The notes: generated by a model not told the origin, from the sequence alone. Positions 42,501 through 51,175 are shown, counted from the first letter of the stretch. The stretch: 64,000 bases of DNA from Planctomycetes bacterium ADurb.Bin069 (GCA_002070955.1 MWEK01000005.1:82128-146127); one strand, 5' to 3'. A program made the numbers and translations.

Positions 42501-43842
42501 GCTCACGGTGGAGATCTGCGATGCCGCCGGCGTGCCGGCGCCCGCCACGGCGGATGTGACGGCGAGGCTGACGAGCAACTCGGGAAGCGGCGCCTTCGAC
42601 TTCGCCAGGAAAGGCGCGTTCAGCGCCCCGGCGGTCTCCGTGACGATTCCCGCGGGGGCGACGTCGGCGACGGTTTTCTACAAGGACGGGAGGGTCGGAT
42701 CGCCCGTCCTGTCGGCGACCGACACGGGATCCCCCGCCCTGGTGTCGGCGTCCCTCGCGGTGGACGTTTTGGCGGCCGCGCCGGTCGAGCCCGGAACGGT
42801 GGCGATCTACACCGGCAACACCGGCTGGATAAGCAAGGCCGAAGCCGACGCGCAGGCCGAGATCTGCGTCGATGCGCTGGACGCCGCGGGGATCGAGGCC
42901 CAGTGGTTCGCCAGCCCCGCCCAGAAGGCCGATGTCGCCAACTGGGTGACCGCGGCGACGAACAACGGCAAGGTGGATGTGCTGGTGCTCTACGGGTACG
43001 TTCCGGAGACGATCTTCGGGGCGGGCAACACGCAGCCGGACAACTCGCTCGCGGAACTTTTCATCGAGTCGACCGACGGCGACATGATCCTGAACCACGC
43101 CGACTGGATGTTCTATGTCTCCATCGTCAACAACGGCGCCGAAGGGCTCCAGCACCTCATGGATACCAACCCCATCACCCTGTGGGGAGACAACACGCCC
43201 ATGTACGTCACCCCGGACGGAGCCGAGATCGCGCCCACGCTGGAAGACTACAAGACCGATCGCGCCCTAAGGTTCAACGAGCTCAAGGGCGAGTGGCACA
43301 TCGAGGCGGCGCTCGCGCGGGATGCCTACGCCCCCCGCGCGGATCCCGTCATCGCGCGTGACGGCAACCGCGGGCGCGTGGCCTTTGCCTATCAGACGAA
43401 CCCGGCTGATCCGACCTACGTGCCCGACCCGAAGGGCGCCGTCGCGGCGGAGATGATCGCGTGGATCATGACGCAGATCCCGGAGATCGAGCCCGTGACG
43501 GACATCTACGTCTGGATGGGCAACGTCAACGGCGACGGGGCCGTCAACATCGCCGACGCGGTCGCGCTCCTTCAGTACCTCTTTGCCGGCGGGAAGCCGC
43601 CCGTCTGCGCCAAGGCGGCCGATGCGAACGACGACGACGCCGTCAACATCGCCGACGCCGTCAAGATCCTCGGCTTCCTTTTCAGCGGGCAGCCCATGAC
43701 CGCGCCTGATGGCAGCGCGATCACGGCGGCCAACAACGTTTGTCGGGGCTATGCCGCCGACGGCGTGGACGACAAGGGCAAGCCGTACTTCCCGGCGCAG
43801 GTGAGCGGCATGCCGGCGTGCGCCACGCAGTGCGCGCCGTAG
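39553..43842 (+). CDS. Giant secreted protein (1429 aa): four tandem copies of an unrecognised ~250-aa module, three Ig-like spacers, C-terminal dockerin pair
   Basis: ORF 39553..43842(+). Signal is MRKYGAGLLALLVLGLTGAPAAAA. Internal 4x repeat (see repeat feature). Dockerins are NVNGDGAVNIADAVALLQYLF and DANDDDAVNIADAVKILGFLF. Confidence 0.85.
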   Translation: MRKYGAGLLALLVLGLTGAPAAAAGEVVIYTGNVFWISKADADAQAEICADKLLEWGIPCTWYRGEDPAAEKAEIAAWMQAATGNGKQEILVLYGYFPETIYPGGNTQPNGSIAERFIESNDGDAIVNHGDYMFYKSSPDNGVLGLQSMMDITDVTMSADNTPMKVTPLGKAVCSSLDNFWSDRVFFPAQLKGEWFVEAAFGVNHDGTRVEPAIIRDGTRGRLIPIYQTNTQSWDPKGAVAAEIISWLFGVDRGPAAGLGIRASRPKAAVTDDTRAAAWTGDPLEFTVDLLETTGSGTKAAADVTVTLETTSPSGRFDLSPDGPFSGAVTTVKIPAGASYVDVYYKDTAAGTPTLTVSAAGLSPWSCEVKIFARSFAPRGEVAFYTAATSWTSLQVANAQAQITADKLRDIGVNSTIFSAIAQEDALANWVMDKTGNGKLDVLVTYGYVPPSIYQPGNAQPEGSIAELFIESTDGDVILNHADAFWYVSRGTNNGYDGLRNLTDLVGFRQDEVTTAFTVTAEGAEIAPSLINFSGTRPFYVDMLYKDWLVEAVLAQNATGARADPVILRDGDRGRVIPVFQASNEFLPKGAVAADIITWLYGISVADPVKMGIVGPTITGVREPLRFVAQIQNLIGSPMGAPADTTVTLATSSATGRFDVLPDGPFDGTLTTLSIPAGESSAVFFFKDTAAGTYTVSASAAGLVMAKVNVNVRPWTFAPAGEVAIYTGATFWLPKTEADQDAQICADRLAEVGIAVTIFNATSDEGALANWVTSRTADGKLDVLIINGRLPDSLYSPPNRQPDGSPAELFIESTDGNAILNHGDWLFYKSTLEFEADGTTSRNNGSAALQNIMDIPGIGMSADDTPVFVTAEGRDIAPCLRNFQPDRVFFPAQLGGEWYVEVALARNADGTRVSPAIVRDGNRGRLIAGFMTNRIDAQVPPEPKGALSAEIAAWLMGWRLTPLQLRLANTGGAAATLQSMPMALTVEICDAAGVPAPATADVTARLTSNSGSGAFDFARKGAFSAPAVSVTIPAGATSATVFYKDGRVGSPVLSATDTGSPALVSASLAVDVLAAAPVEPGTVAIYTGNTGWISKAEADAQAEICVDALDAAGIEAQWFASPAQKADVANWVTAATNNGKVDVLVLYGYVPETIFGAGNTQPDNSLAELFIESTDGDMILNHADWMFYVSIVNNGAEGLQHLMDTNPITLWGDNTPMYVTPDGAEIAPTLEDYKTDRALRFNELKGEWHIEAALARDAYAPRADPVIARDGNRGRVAFAYQTNPADPTYVPDPKGAVAAEMIAWIMTQIPEIEPVTDIYVWMGNVNGDGAVNIADAVALLQYLFAGGKPPVCAKAADANDDDAVNIADAVKILGFLFSGQPMTAPDGSAITAANNVCRGYAADGVDDKGKPYFPAQVSGMPACATQCAP
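39625..43500 (+). repeat. Four protein-level tandem repeat units (341-360 aa period)
   Basis: Units start at nt 39625 (GEVVIYTGNVFWISKADADAQAEICADKL), 40690 (GEVAFYTAATSWTSLQVANAQAQITADKL), 41713 (GEVAIYTGATFWLPKTEADQDAQICADRL) and 42793 (GTVAIYTGNTGWISKAEADAQAEICVDAL). Shared FIES.DGD.I.NH.D and RDG.RGR strings. Confidence 0.85.
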
Positions 43843-43870
43843 CCGCGTCCGCCGCGCCGTTCGACGAAAG

Positions 43871-43907
43871 CGCGGGGCCCGGGTCCGAGGGAGACCCGGG
43901 CCCCGCG
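43871..43907. terminator. Bidirectional hairpin between convergent genes
   Basis: Perfect 15-bp stem CGCGGGGCCCGGGTC / GACCCGGGCCCCGCG with a 7-nt loop. U-tracts are weak on both sides (TGTTTCG on plus, CTTTCGTCG on minus). Confidence 0.5.
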
Positions 43908-43933
43908 TGTTTCGCCCCGGCGCGGCCGTTTGC

Positions 43934-45208
43934 TCAGGGCGCGACGAGCACGATCGAATCGGAAGCGGTGCGCTGGACCGAGCCGTTCCTGAGAGTCACA
44001 TAGACGGTTTTCGCGCCGAGGCCCGAGGCGAGGGTCCAGCGCTTGGCGGAAGCGTAGGGCTCCCACACGCCCGCGAGGTCTTCCGTGTTGCTGATGCGCA
44101 TGTCCTGCGCCCAGCCGCCGCCGTAGATATACAGGTCGACCACGGGATCCGCCGCGGCGAAAGCTCCGCGGTTGATGACGACGGGATAGACGTTTTGCCG
44201 CGCGCCGAAATCCTGGGTCCAGTAGTGCCGGTACCCGGTCTCCACCTGGACGTGCGCGATTCCGATTTCTCGCGCGTCGACGCGCATGATATTGGCGCGG
44301 TGCCCGGCGCTGTTCATCCAGCCGTCGACGACCGCGCCGGGCGAAGTGTGTCCGGCGGCGATGTTCTCGGCGATAAGCGTCCACCCGGTGTAGCCGGCGT
44401 CGACGACGCGTTCGACGTCCGTCGAGCCGTCCGTCCCCGTGTGGGAGATTTTGATGGGCATGTTCAAGGCCATGTCGAGGGTGTGGCGCAGCGCCGCGGC
44501 GTCAAGAATCGCCTCGCCCTTGAGCGGCGGGAGCCGGCGGGCCTCGTAGCTCCAACGCCGCTCGTTCGTGAGCCGGAGGACCTCGCGGCTCCAGGACGCG
44601 GCTGCGATCACGGTCTGGTCCTGCCCCGTGGCCGACGAATCATCGGTTACGGTGAGCGTCACGGTGTAAACCCCGGCGGCGAAAGTGTGCTGGGGATTCC
44701 GGGCGGTCGAGGTCGCGCCGTCGCCGAAGCTCCAGGAATAGCCGGTGATTGCGCGGCCGGGGGCGGCGTGGCCCGACCCATTGAAGGCGACCGTGAGGGG
44801 CGCCGTGCCGGAATGCACGTCGGCGCCCATCACGGCGAAGGGTTCGCCCGCGGCGCTCGTGACCACGATCTGCGCCGCGGCCTCGTCCACGCGGTTGAGG
44901 CTGGTGGTTACGGTGAGGCGCGCGCTGAAGATGCCCGGCGAGGTGTAGGTGTGGTCGGCGAGCGGTCCGGTCGCCATCGCGCCGTCGCCGAAATCCCAGG
45001 AGTACGTGGTCACGACGCCTTCCGGGGTGAAGGACGCGCTGCCGTCGAAGTGCACGATGAGAGGACAGGTGCCCGAGGCCGGCATAGCCTCGATGACCGC
45101 CGTCGGGCCGCTCGATGGCGATCCATCGCCGCTCGCGCCGCCGCCGCAGCCGATGAACGCGAACGAGGCCAGAAGACCGATGAAGAGGACGCGTCGCGGC
45201 GTGTGCAT
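43934..45208 (-). CDS. Lipoprotein with two PKD domains and a CAP/SCP (PR-1-like, YkwD-type) domain
   Basis: ORF 43934..45208(-). Lipobox is LLASFAFIGCGG. PKD domains are YSWDFGDGAMATG..HTYTSPGIFSARLTV and YSWSFGDGATSTARNPQHTFAAGVYTVTLTV. CAP domain is NERR...GHTGTDGS...GWMNSAGHRANIM. Confidence 0.8.
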   Translation of the reverse strand: MHTPRRVLFIGLLASFAFIGCGGGASGDGSPSSGPTAVIEAMPASGTCPLIVHFDGSASFTPEGVVTTYSWDFGDGAMATGPLADHTYTSPGIFSARLTVTTSLNRVDEAAAQIVVTSAAGEPFAVMGADVHSGTAPLTVAFNGSGHAAPGRAITGYSWSFGDGATSTARNPQHTFAAGVYTVTLTVTDDSSATGQDQTVIAAASWSREVLRLTNERRWSYEARRLPPLKGEAILDAAALRHTLDMALNMPIKISHTGTDGSTDVERVVDAGYTGWTLIAENIAAGHTSPGAVVDGWMNSAGHRANIMRVDAREIGIAHVQVETGYRHYWTQDFGARQNVYPVVINRGAFAAADPVVDLYIYGGGWAQDMRISNTEDLAGVWEPYASAKRWTLASGLGAKTVYVTLRNGSVQRTASDSIVLVAP

Positions 45209-45351
45209 ACGCAGGGGCTCCCTTCGAAGCCAGACCCAGACACGGTCATCTCTTTAGATCGGCTGTGCCGCGGGGCGGTCCTGAGAGCGCCGGCGCGCGG
45301 GCGGTCCCGGGCGCGACAGCGCCTGTCGCCGGGGGCGCGCTTCGGTATGAA

Positions 45352-45436
45352 TGGTGCGAGAGGGGGGATTCGAACCCCCGCCCCTTGCGGGACCAGATCC
45401 TAAATCTGGCGCGTATGCCAATTCCGCCACTCTCGC
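45352..45436 (-). tRNA. tRNA-Leu (anticodon TAG), CCA encoded
   Basis: Minus strand: GCGAGAG-TG-GCGGAATTGGCATACGC-G-CCAGA-TTTAGGA-TCTGG, long variable arm, GGGGG-TTCGAAT-CCCCC-CTCTCGC-ACCA. Confidence 0.9.
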
Positions 45437-45491
45437 ACCGGCAGGCTCTTCCTTTGTACCCGCGCGGCCGCCGGGCGTCAACGCGGCGCCT

Positions 45492-46595
45492 TCAGAGGTG
45501 TTTTTTCAGAAAAGCGACGACCTCGCGGCGGGCCTCCGCGGTTTCCTCGTGCCCCGTGTCGCAGCGGAGCAGGCGCCAACCTTCGGGCGCGCCGAGCTCG
45601 GCGTAGACCCGCGTCAGCTCGCGGTCGATAATGTCGAGCCCCTCGGGGGGCGTCAATTCGTCCCGCAGCCCCGCGACGCCCAGGTGGGGCCGCGGCGCGA
45701 TGAGGGCGTTGATGTCCGCGGTCGTGAAATGCGCGAGCAGCCCCGGCACGTAATAGTAGATGCCGTGTCCGCCGAGGCCCTTCTTCCCGAGGAGCGTGTG
45801 GAATTCCGTGAGGCAGCACAGGTCGACCGTCGCCTTGATGCGAGTGTCGAGCGCCGCGGTCCACCAGGCCATGGTGCTGCCCATCGACAGGCCGAGGGTC
45901 GCCACGCGGGCGGGATCGACCTCCGGCCGCGAGAGGAGGTAGTCGGCGGCGCGCAAGTTGTCGTAAACCATCATGCCCCAGAGGACGCGGCCCTGCCAGA
46001 GCATCGCTTTGAACATGTCCAGTTCCGAGGTATGGGCGCGCTCGCCGAACACCCAGGCGTCGATGCACAGGCCCGTCCAGCCGAGCCCGGCGATGACCTC
46101 GGCGTAAGGCGGGGCCTGGAGCCCTTCGCGCCCCTTGATGAACTCGTCCTTGCCAAGTTGGTAGTCGCCCCCGTGGGCGTGGTTGTAAAGGACGGCGGGC
46201 GCGCGGCCTCGGAGCTTCCGCGGCCGAACGAAGTACGCCGGCACGGGCTCGATGCCGTTCAGGTCGAGCTGGAGCTTCTCGAGCACGTAGCCGGGGCGCT
46301 CCTCCCGCGCGAGCGCGCGCGCGCTGATGGGCCGGGCCCTGTCCGGGAGTTCGCCCAGCAGCGCGTAGAGCCGCTTGCGGCGTTCGCCGGCCTGCCGGTG
46401 GCTGCGCCCGACGGCCGGGGGGCCGTCGGCGCCCAGGAATCCTTTGGGGTCCACGGTTCCTCCCGGGATCGACGTTCCCAGCAGCGGCGGCGCCTGGCGC
46501 CGCCGCCGCCGGCCGCCTGCTCCCCTTCGCTCATCGGCGGTACGCCGCGTTCCCGTCGCGCGGCGGGTGCCGGCCCGCCGCGGCGCGCGCGTCAT
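45492..46595 (-). CDS. Alpha/beta hydrolase (acetyl-xylan-esterase / dienelactone-hydrolase-like)
   Basis: ORF 45492..46667(-). GLSMGS nucleophile elbow and the LYNHAHGG block. ATG 46595 forms an ATGA overlap with the yjbQ-like stop, but the first ~60 aa are Arg-rich and may not be translated. The true start could be a downstream GTG. Confidence 0.65.
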   Translation of the reverse strand: MTRAPRRAGTRRATGTRRTADERRGAGGRRRRRQAPPLLGTSIPGGTVDPKGFLGADGPPAVGRSHRQAGERRKRLYALLGELPDRARPISARALAREERPGYVLEKLQLDLNGIEPVPAYFVRPRKLRGRAPAVLYNHAHGGDYQLGKDEFIKGREGLQAPPYAEVIAGLGWTGLCIDAWVFGERAHTSELDMFKAMLWQGRVLWGMMVYDNLRAADYLLSRPEVDPARVATLGLSMGSTMAWWTAALDTRIKATVDLCCLTEFHTLLGKKGLGGHGIYYYVPGLLAHFTTADINALIAPRPHLGVAGLRDELTPPEGLDIIDRELTRVYAELGAPEGWRLLRCDTGHEETAEARREVVAFLKKHL

Positions 46596-47014
46596 TGGCC
46601 GATGATCTTGATGAGAATGCGCTTGGGCCGGCGGCCGTCGAACTCGCCGTAGAAGATCTGTTCCCACGGGCCGAAATCGAGCGCGCCCTTGGTGACGGCC
46701 ACCACGACCTCACGGCCCATGATCTGGCGCTTGTGGTGCGCGTCCCCGTTGTCCTCGCCGCTCAGGTTGTGGCGGTAAGTTTTCGGGCTCGCGTCGAAAG
46801 GCGCGAGGCGCTCCAGCCAGCGCTTGTAGTCCTCCTTCAGCCCCGGCTCGTCGTCGTTGATGAAGACCGAGGCCGTGATATGCATGGCATTGACCAGGCA
46901 CAGGCCTTCCTGGACGCCGCTTTCGGCGACGGCTTCCCGGACCCGGTCCGTGATGTTGACGAAGTCCATGCGGGCCGGGACCTCGAGGGTCAGATACCGC
47001 GTGAGGGATTTCAT
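46592..47014 (-). CDS. YjbQ/UPF0047 family protein (secondary thiamine-phosphate synthase-like)
   Basis: ORF 46592..47014(-). Motifs are [36 protein letters not shown] and [14 protein letters not shown]. Confidence 0.85.
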   Translation of the reverse strand: MKSLTRYLTLEVPARMDFVNITDRVREAVAESGVQEGLCLVNAMHITASVFINDDEPGLKEDYKRWLERLAPFDASPKTYRHNLSGEDNGDAHHKRQIMGREVVVAVTKGALDFGPWEQIFYGEFDGRRPKRILIKIIGQ

Positions 47015-47101
47015 GGCGCGTTGATCTCCAAGGTCATTCCCGGGAGGGCGCGGCGGGCGCGCCGCCGAGCCCGCCGACGCCGACAGGTTTCGTTCCTCCG
47101 T

Positions 47102-48043
47102 TCAGTTGCACTCCGGGGCGAGGGGGCCGGCGAGTTCCTTGAGGTAGAAGAGCTTGCCGGCCAAGGTGGGCATGAATGTCGACGGCAGCCACGGCGTCGG
47201 CTCGTGGTGGAGCGTCAGGCGGACCGACATGCCCTGCCACATCATTCCCCGGCCGAGGGCGCCGTCGCAGCCGCCGATGACATAGTCCGATTTCAAGAAG
47301 AGGCCGGGCCCGACGGTGTTGGCTCGCGTGGGGACGAGGGTCGTCCGGCTCTTGAAGCTCGTGATGGCGTTCTGCTCGATGGTGAGGGGGTGGAGCTTGG
47401 CGGCCAGCCGGTAGGCGGGCTTTTTCCAAGCCTCCACCGTCTTGTACTCGGCGGCGAACTGCGGTTCCCAGAAAGCGATGTGGCACACGCGTCCCACGCC
47501 GAACACCGTGACGAGCCGGGCGCCCGCCTTCCGGAGCGCCGCGATTTTCGCGCCGTAGGTAGGAAGGTTTTTACGAGTCGCGAAATTGCGCTGCGCCGCG
47601 GGCACCGTGAGCGCGCCCAGCGGGCCGTAAAAGGCCGCTTCCATGGCGTTTTGGAAGGCGCCGGGGTCCCCGGGAGGCAGCGTGGCGCCGCGGGCGTCGG
47701 ACCATTCGTCCATGTTGAAGCCGTGGACATGGGTGCACCGGACGTTCCACGCCTTCAGGAAGTACACGGCCCACCGGTACATTCCCATGGGGCCCACGGG
47801 GAGAATCAGGGCGAGGGGCTGTTTCGCGTCCCGCGCGTTCCTGATCTCGCAGGCGATCTCGTGTCCCATCATGGCGTCGAAGTCTCCGATGGAGTCGCAG
47901 GCCGCCGTCGTGAAGCGCTTGTGCCACCAGCGCTCGCGGCGGGGCAGCGTTTCGGGCGGCCGGGCGCAGAGCCGGTCGAACTTCGCCAGGTTCCAACCCG
48001 CCGGGAAGAAGCCCTGAAGCAGGGAGCCCTTGAGCGTCGTCAT
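47102..48043 (-). CDS. Glucosamine-6-phosphate deaminase / 6-phosphogluconolactonase-family sugar-phosphate isomerase-like protein
   Basis: ORF 47102..48106(-). Start moved to ATG 48043 (MTTLKGSLL). [18 protein letters not shown] and [13 protein letters not shown] parallel the NagB tG.tp, FNMDEY and GIG.DGHIAFNEP blocks. Confidence 0.65.
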   Translation of the reverse strand: MTTLKGSLLQGFFPAGWNLAKFDRLCARPPETLPRRERWWHKRFTTAACDSIGDFDAMMGHEIACEIRNARDAKQPLALILPVGPMGMYRWAVYFLKAWNVRCTHVHGFNMDEWSDARGATLPPGDPGAFQNAMEAAFYGPLGALTVPAAQRNFATRKNLPTYGAKIAALRKAGARLVTVFGVGRVCHIAFWEPQFAAEYKTVEAWKKPAYRLAAKLHPLTIEQNAITSFKSRTTLVPTRANTVGPGLFLKSDYVIGGCDGALGRGMMWQGMSVRLTLHHEPTPWLPSTFMPTLAGKLFYLKELAGPLAPECN

Positions 48044-48204
48044 TAGATTGGTTGCCACGTGACCTCCTTGCGGCGTGAGCGTAGTTCCCTGGGCCGCCGC
48101 GGGCATGATTGTCGGCCCGGGGCCGGCGCGCTGTCAAGGCCGGAGGAGCGGAGGCTTCCGCGGCGCCCGTCCATGGGCTACAACCGCTGGGAGCGAGGCC
48201 GGGC

Positions 48205-48714
48205 ATGGAAGAAGAGCTTTACCTGGTTGACGGAGAAGATCGCGTCATCGGCACGGCGCCGCGCTCGCGGGTGCGGGCGGAGAATCTGCTTCACCGCGGC
48301 GTCGGCATTCTGGTGTGCAACGGCGCGGGGGAGATCTACGTCCACCGGCGCACCGCCACAAAGGATATCTTTCCCGGCCTGTACGACATGTTCGTGGGCG
48401 GCGCCGTGACGGTGGGAGAGGACTACGGCGATGCGGCGCGGCGCGAATGCGCCGAGGAACTCGGCGTCCGCGGCGGCGTTTGGGAGCGCCTGTTCGTCTA
48501 TCGCTACGAGGGCCCGCGCAACCGATGCTTCACGGGAGTGTACAAGGTCGTGTACGACGGCCCGATCGTGCACCAGGCGGAGGAAGTCGCCTGGGGCCGC
48601 TTCATGCCCCTCGCGCAAGTCGCGGCATTCGCCCGCGAGAATCCCGTCGTGCCCGACGGCGCGGAGATCTTCAGGGAGTACCTGCGGCGTTTCGGCGCGC
48701 CGCCCTCGTCATAG
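48205..48714 (+). CDS. Nudix hydrolase
   Basis: In-frame part of ORF 48109..48714(+). Start at ATG 48205 (MEEELYLVD). The Nudix box region is GGAVTVGEDYGDAARRECAEELGV. Confidence 0.8.
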   Translation: MEEELYLVDGEDRVIGTAPRSRVRAENLLHRGVGILVCNGAGEIYVHRRTATKDIFPGLYDMFVGGAVTVGEDYGDAARRECAEELGVRGGVWERLFVYRYEGPRNRCFTGVYKVVYDGPIVHQAEEVAWGRFMPLAQVAAFARENPVVPDGAEIFREYLRRFGAPPSS

Positions 48715-50964
48715 CCGCGGGTCCGGCTCGATGGCGATGCGCGCCACCGCCAAAACGCCGCCGGCGATGCAGAACCGCAGATCGGCGCCGCCGTTCTGCT
48801 CGTTGGCGAAGAACGCGTCCTTGAGGACGATCGCCGCCTCTTTCCATTGCCCCGAGCCCGCCAGCGTGATCCAGGCTCCCGACGCGTAAGGCTCGGCCGG
48901 GCGGTTGTAGTGGATCGTGAAGCGCCCGCCCGGCGTGTCCAGGTACGTCACCCGCGCGACGAGCGTCTCGGGGCGGCCGCTCCCGAAGCCGTCGTGAACG
49001 GCGGCGTAAAGGTATCTGATGGCGCCCTCGGCCCGCGCCACGGCGGCCGCGCGGCCCGCCAGGGTTTCCATGGCGAAGGGGCCGTCGGCAAAGGGAAACA
49101 AACGCAGGCCGTCGGCGCTGTCGGGCGTCCACCGGACCGCCGGCTTGGGCCAGCTCGGCCGCGGGTAGCGCGCCTTGTCGCGTTCGTACCGCGCCAGCAG
49201 CGCGAAGAAAGTGTGCGGGTCGACGACGCGCGCGCAGGGCTCCGCCTTCGCGAGGAGTTCCTGCACCTGCGCGTGCCACGACGCGGTCTTGAGAATCGTG
49301 CGCAGGTAGAAGAAGCTGCGCTGCTCCGGGCTGATCGTCGCGGCGAGGCCGGCGGCGACCTCCTCGGGGGACTGAGAGGCGTCGGCGACGCGGATGAAGG
49401 GCATGCCTTTGTAGATGCCCTGCCGCGCCATCTTCTGGCCGCCGATGCCCCCCGGCGAGAAGCGCGCGTAGGCATCCCAGACTTCCTCCTTCATGGCGGG
49501 CGAGTAGCCGTCGATGATGAAGCCGGTGACCCGCAAGTCCCACCGGGCGTAGAAGGGCCGGCAGAACTTCTCCCACACCGCCGTGCCGGAGGGCAGGCCC
49601 GAGTGGGCGCGCGGCTCCTGGAGCCCTCCCGGGTTGAGGTATCCGGCGCCGGAGTCCCCGGTGGTGAAAACATCGAGGGGCGAGGCGGTCTCGCGCGCGA
49701 ACGCCAGGGCCATGGGCGCCCGGCGCTCTAAGTTCGGGTTGAGCGCCCAGCCGAGGGGCACCGTGCCGCGGGCGGGGTCGTTCCAGCAGCGCGGGAACTC
49801 CCGATAAAGCCAAGCCGCCGAATCGTAATCGCCCACGTAGAAGCACACGTAGGCGCCGGGCGCCACCAGGCCGTCCGCCGCCAGCAGACCCGCGCGCGCC
49901 AGCGCCGCGTCGTCCGGCGCCGGCGCCTGGGCGTAGCGCTCCCGGAGGGGGAAATGAGTGAAAAAGCTCGCGTTGGCCATGGCGCAGGGGCCGAGGGCAT
50001 CGGCATCCATGATGGCGTTGTAGCACGACAGGATTTCCGCGTAACGCCATTCCGTGGGCACGGGCGCGTGGGCGCCGGCGCCCGGCCGGTGGTTGCAGTA
50101 CTTCCAAGCCCAGGGAACGAAGCCGCCCGCGTGGATTATCGTCCTTGCTCCGGCGCCGTCGTACGCCGCGCGCAGAATCGCCTTCAGCGTGGCGGCGTCG
50201 GCGCCGAGCTTCTGGGTCGGATCATCGTTGGGGGCCTCGTCATCCCACGGGTGGAGGTCGAAGAAGAAGGCTTTTTTGCCGATAAAGAAGTCGTGGTTGG
50301 AGAGAGTGTGGTTTTCGTGGTTCCCCCCGAAAGGCTCGCGCAGCCAAAAGCTGTCGATGTAATAGGCCAGGTAGCGGGGATCGCAGGCGCCGGAGGCGAG
50401 GAACCGGTCCTTGGCCCAGAGGTAAGGATCGCACTTCCGACTGCCCGCGACTGCTGGGAACGACTGGCGCGTCAGGTCGACGACGACGGGCAGCCGGGGG
50501 CCGCCCTGGACGATGCGCGTGTAGAGCGCGCCCGGACGCGCGTCCTTGCGCACGGGGAGCAGGTTCTCGGCGCCCGCGATAGTGCTGGCGAGATTGGAGA
50601 GAGAATGCGGCTCCTCGGCGTACAGGACGACGCCGCGGTAAAAGCTCTTGAAGCGGCCCAGAAGCGCGTCGAGCGTCTTGATTTCCTCCAAACCGCGGTT
50701 GGCGAGCCAACGGCCGGGGGCGCGAAGCCACATGAGCCAGTAACGGTCGGCGGGATCGATCCAGTGAACGTAAAGCCGCGGCGCGTCCCGGTTGACGAGG
50801 CCTTGGAGCGCGGCCGCGAGGTGGCACGTATCCCACAGGTCGCGCCGGGCGGCGGCGTCGGCCAAGTCGAGCGCGCGGAGGGGCGTGAGGTCGTAGAGGA
50901 CGATGGCGGGTTCAGCCGGCGCGGCGCCGGCCGCGAGCGCCGCCGTGAGAAGGTGCGCGAGCAT
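48709..50964 (-). CDS. Secreted GxGYxYP-like putative glycoside hydrolase
   Basis: ORF 48709..51090(-). Start moved to ATG 50964 (MLAHLLTAALAAGAAPA signal, AAGGAGG upstream). TTGDSGAGYLNPG resembles the GxGYxYP signature. Its 3' end overlaps the convergent Nudix gene by 6 nt. Confidence 0.6.
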   Translation of the reverse strand: MLAHLLTAALAAGAAPAEPAIVLYDLTPLRALDLADAAARRDLWDTCHLAAALQGLVNRDAPRLYVHWIDPADRYWLMWLRAPGRWLANRGLEEIKTLDALLGRFKSFYRGVVLYAEEPHSLSNLASTIAGAENLLPVRKDARPGALYTRIVQGGPRLPVVVDLTRQSFPAVAGSRKCDPYLWAKDRFLASGACDPRYLAYYIDSFWLREPFGGNHENHTLSNHDFFIGKKAFFFDLHPWDDEAPNDDPTQKLGADAATLKAILRAAYDGAGARTIIHAGGFVPWAWKYCNHRPGAGAHAPVPTEWRYAEILSCYNAIMDADALGPCAMANASFFTHFPLRERYAQAPAPDDAALARAGLLAADGLVAPGAYVCFYVGDYDSAAWLYREFPRCWNDPARGTVPLGWALNPNLERRAPMALAFARETASPLDVFTTGDSGAGYLNPGGLQEPRAHSGLPSGTAVWEKFCRPFYARWDLRVTGFIIDGYSPAMKEEVWDAYARFSPGGIGGQKMARQGIYKGMPFIRVADASQSPEEVAAGLAATISPEQRSFFYLRTILKTASWHAQVQELLAKAEPCARVVDPHTFFALLARYERDKARYPRPSWPKPAVRWTPDSADGLRLFPFADGPFAMETLAGRAAAVARAEGAIRYLYAAVHDGFGSGRPETLVARVTYLDTPGGRFTIHYNRPAEPYASGAWITLAGSGQWKEAAIVLKDAFFANEQNGGADLRFCIAGGVLAVARIAIEPDPRL

Positions 50965-51175
50965 GGGACCTCCTTGCGCCGCGGAGAGCGGCGGCGCCGC
51001 CATCGTACCCGTGGCGGAGGGCGGGTTCCACGGGCCGGCCGGGGCGGCGGGTGTGACGCTCCGCGTCACAGTGCCAGATAACGGCGACACAAAGCGTCAC
51101 TCGGCGGCGGGGCGCCGGCCGCCGGTCGCGCGGGAGCCGTTGCGGCGCGCGAAGTTAGGGAAACGGCGGGTTTGT

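Noticed and set aside
39823-43155. 1110-aa ORF on the minus strand, the second longest in this region
   Set aside because: It is exactly antisense to the well-formed repeat/dockerin gene 39553-43842. The translation is Arg/Gly/Pro/Asp-rich with no motifs. This is the typical stop-codon-poor shadow frame of GC-rich coding DNA.
39291-45436. tRNA-Lys to tRNA-Leu interval as a horizontally acquired island
   Set aside because: It holds only two genes. Composition is only marginally different by eye. There are no integrase, transposase or flanking direct repeats, and the same dockerin-tail architecture occurs in genes outside the interval.
46596-46667. Longer start (46667) for the alpha/beta hydrolase ORF
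   Set aside because: It would overlap the YjbQ coding region by 76 nt and adds only an Arg-rich non-protein-like extension. Even the 46595 start is uncertain.
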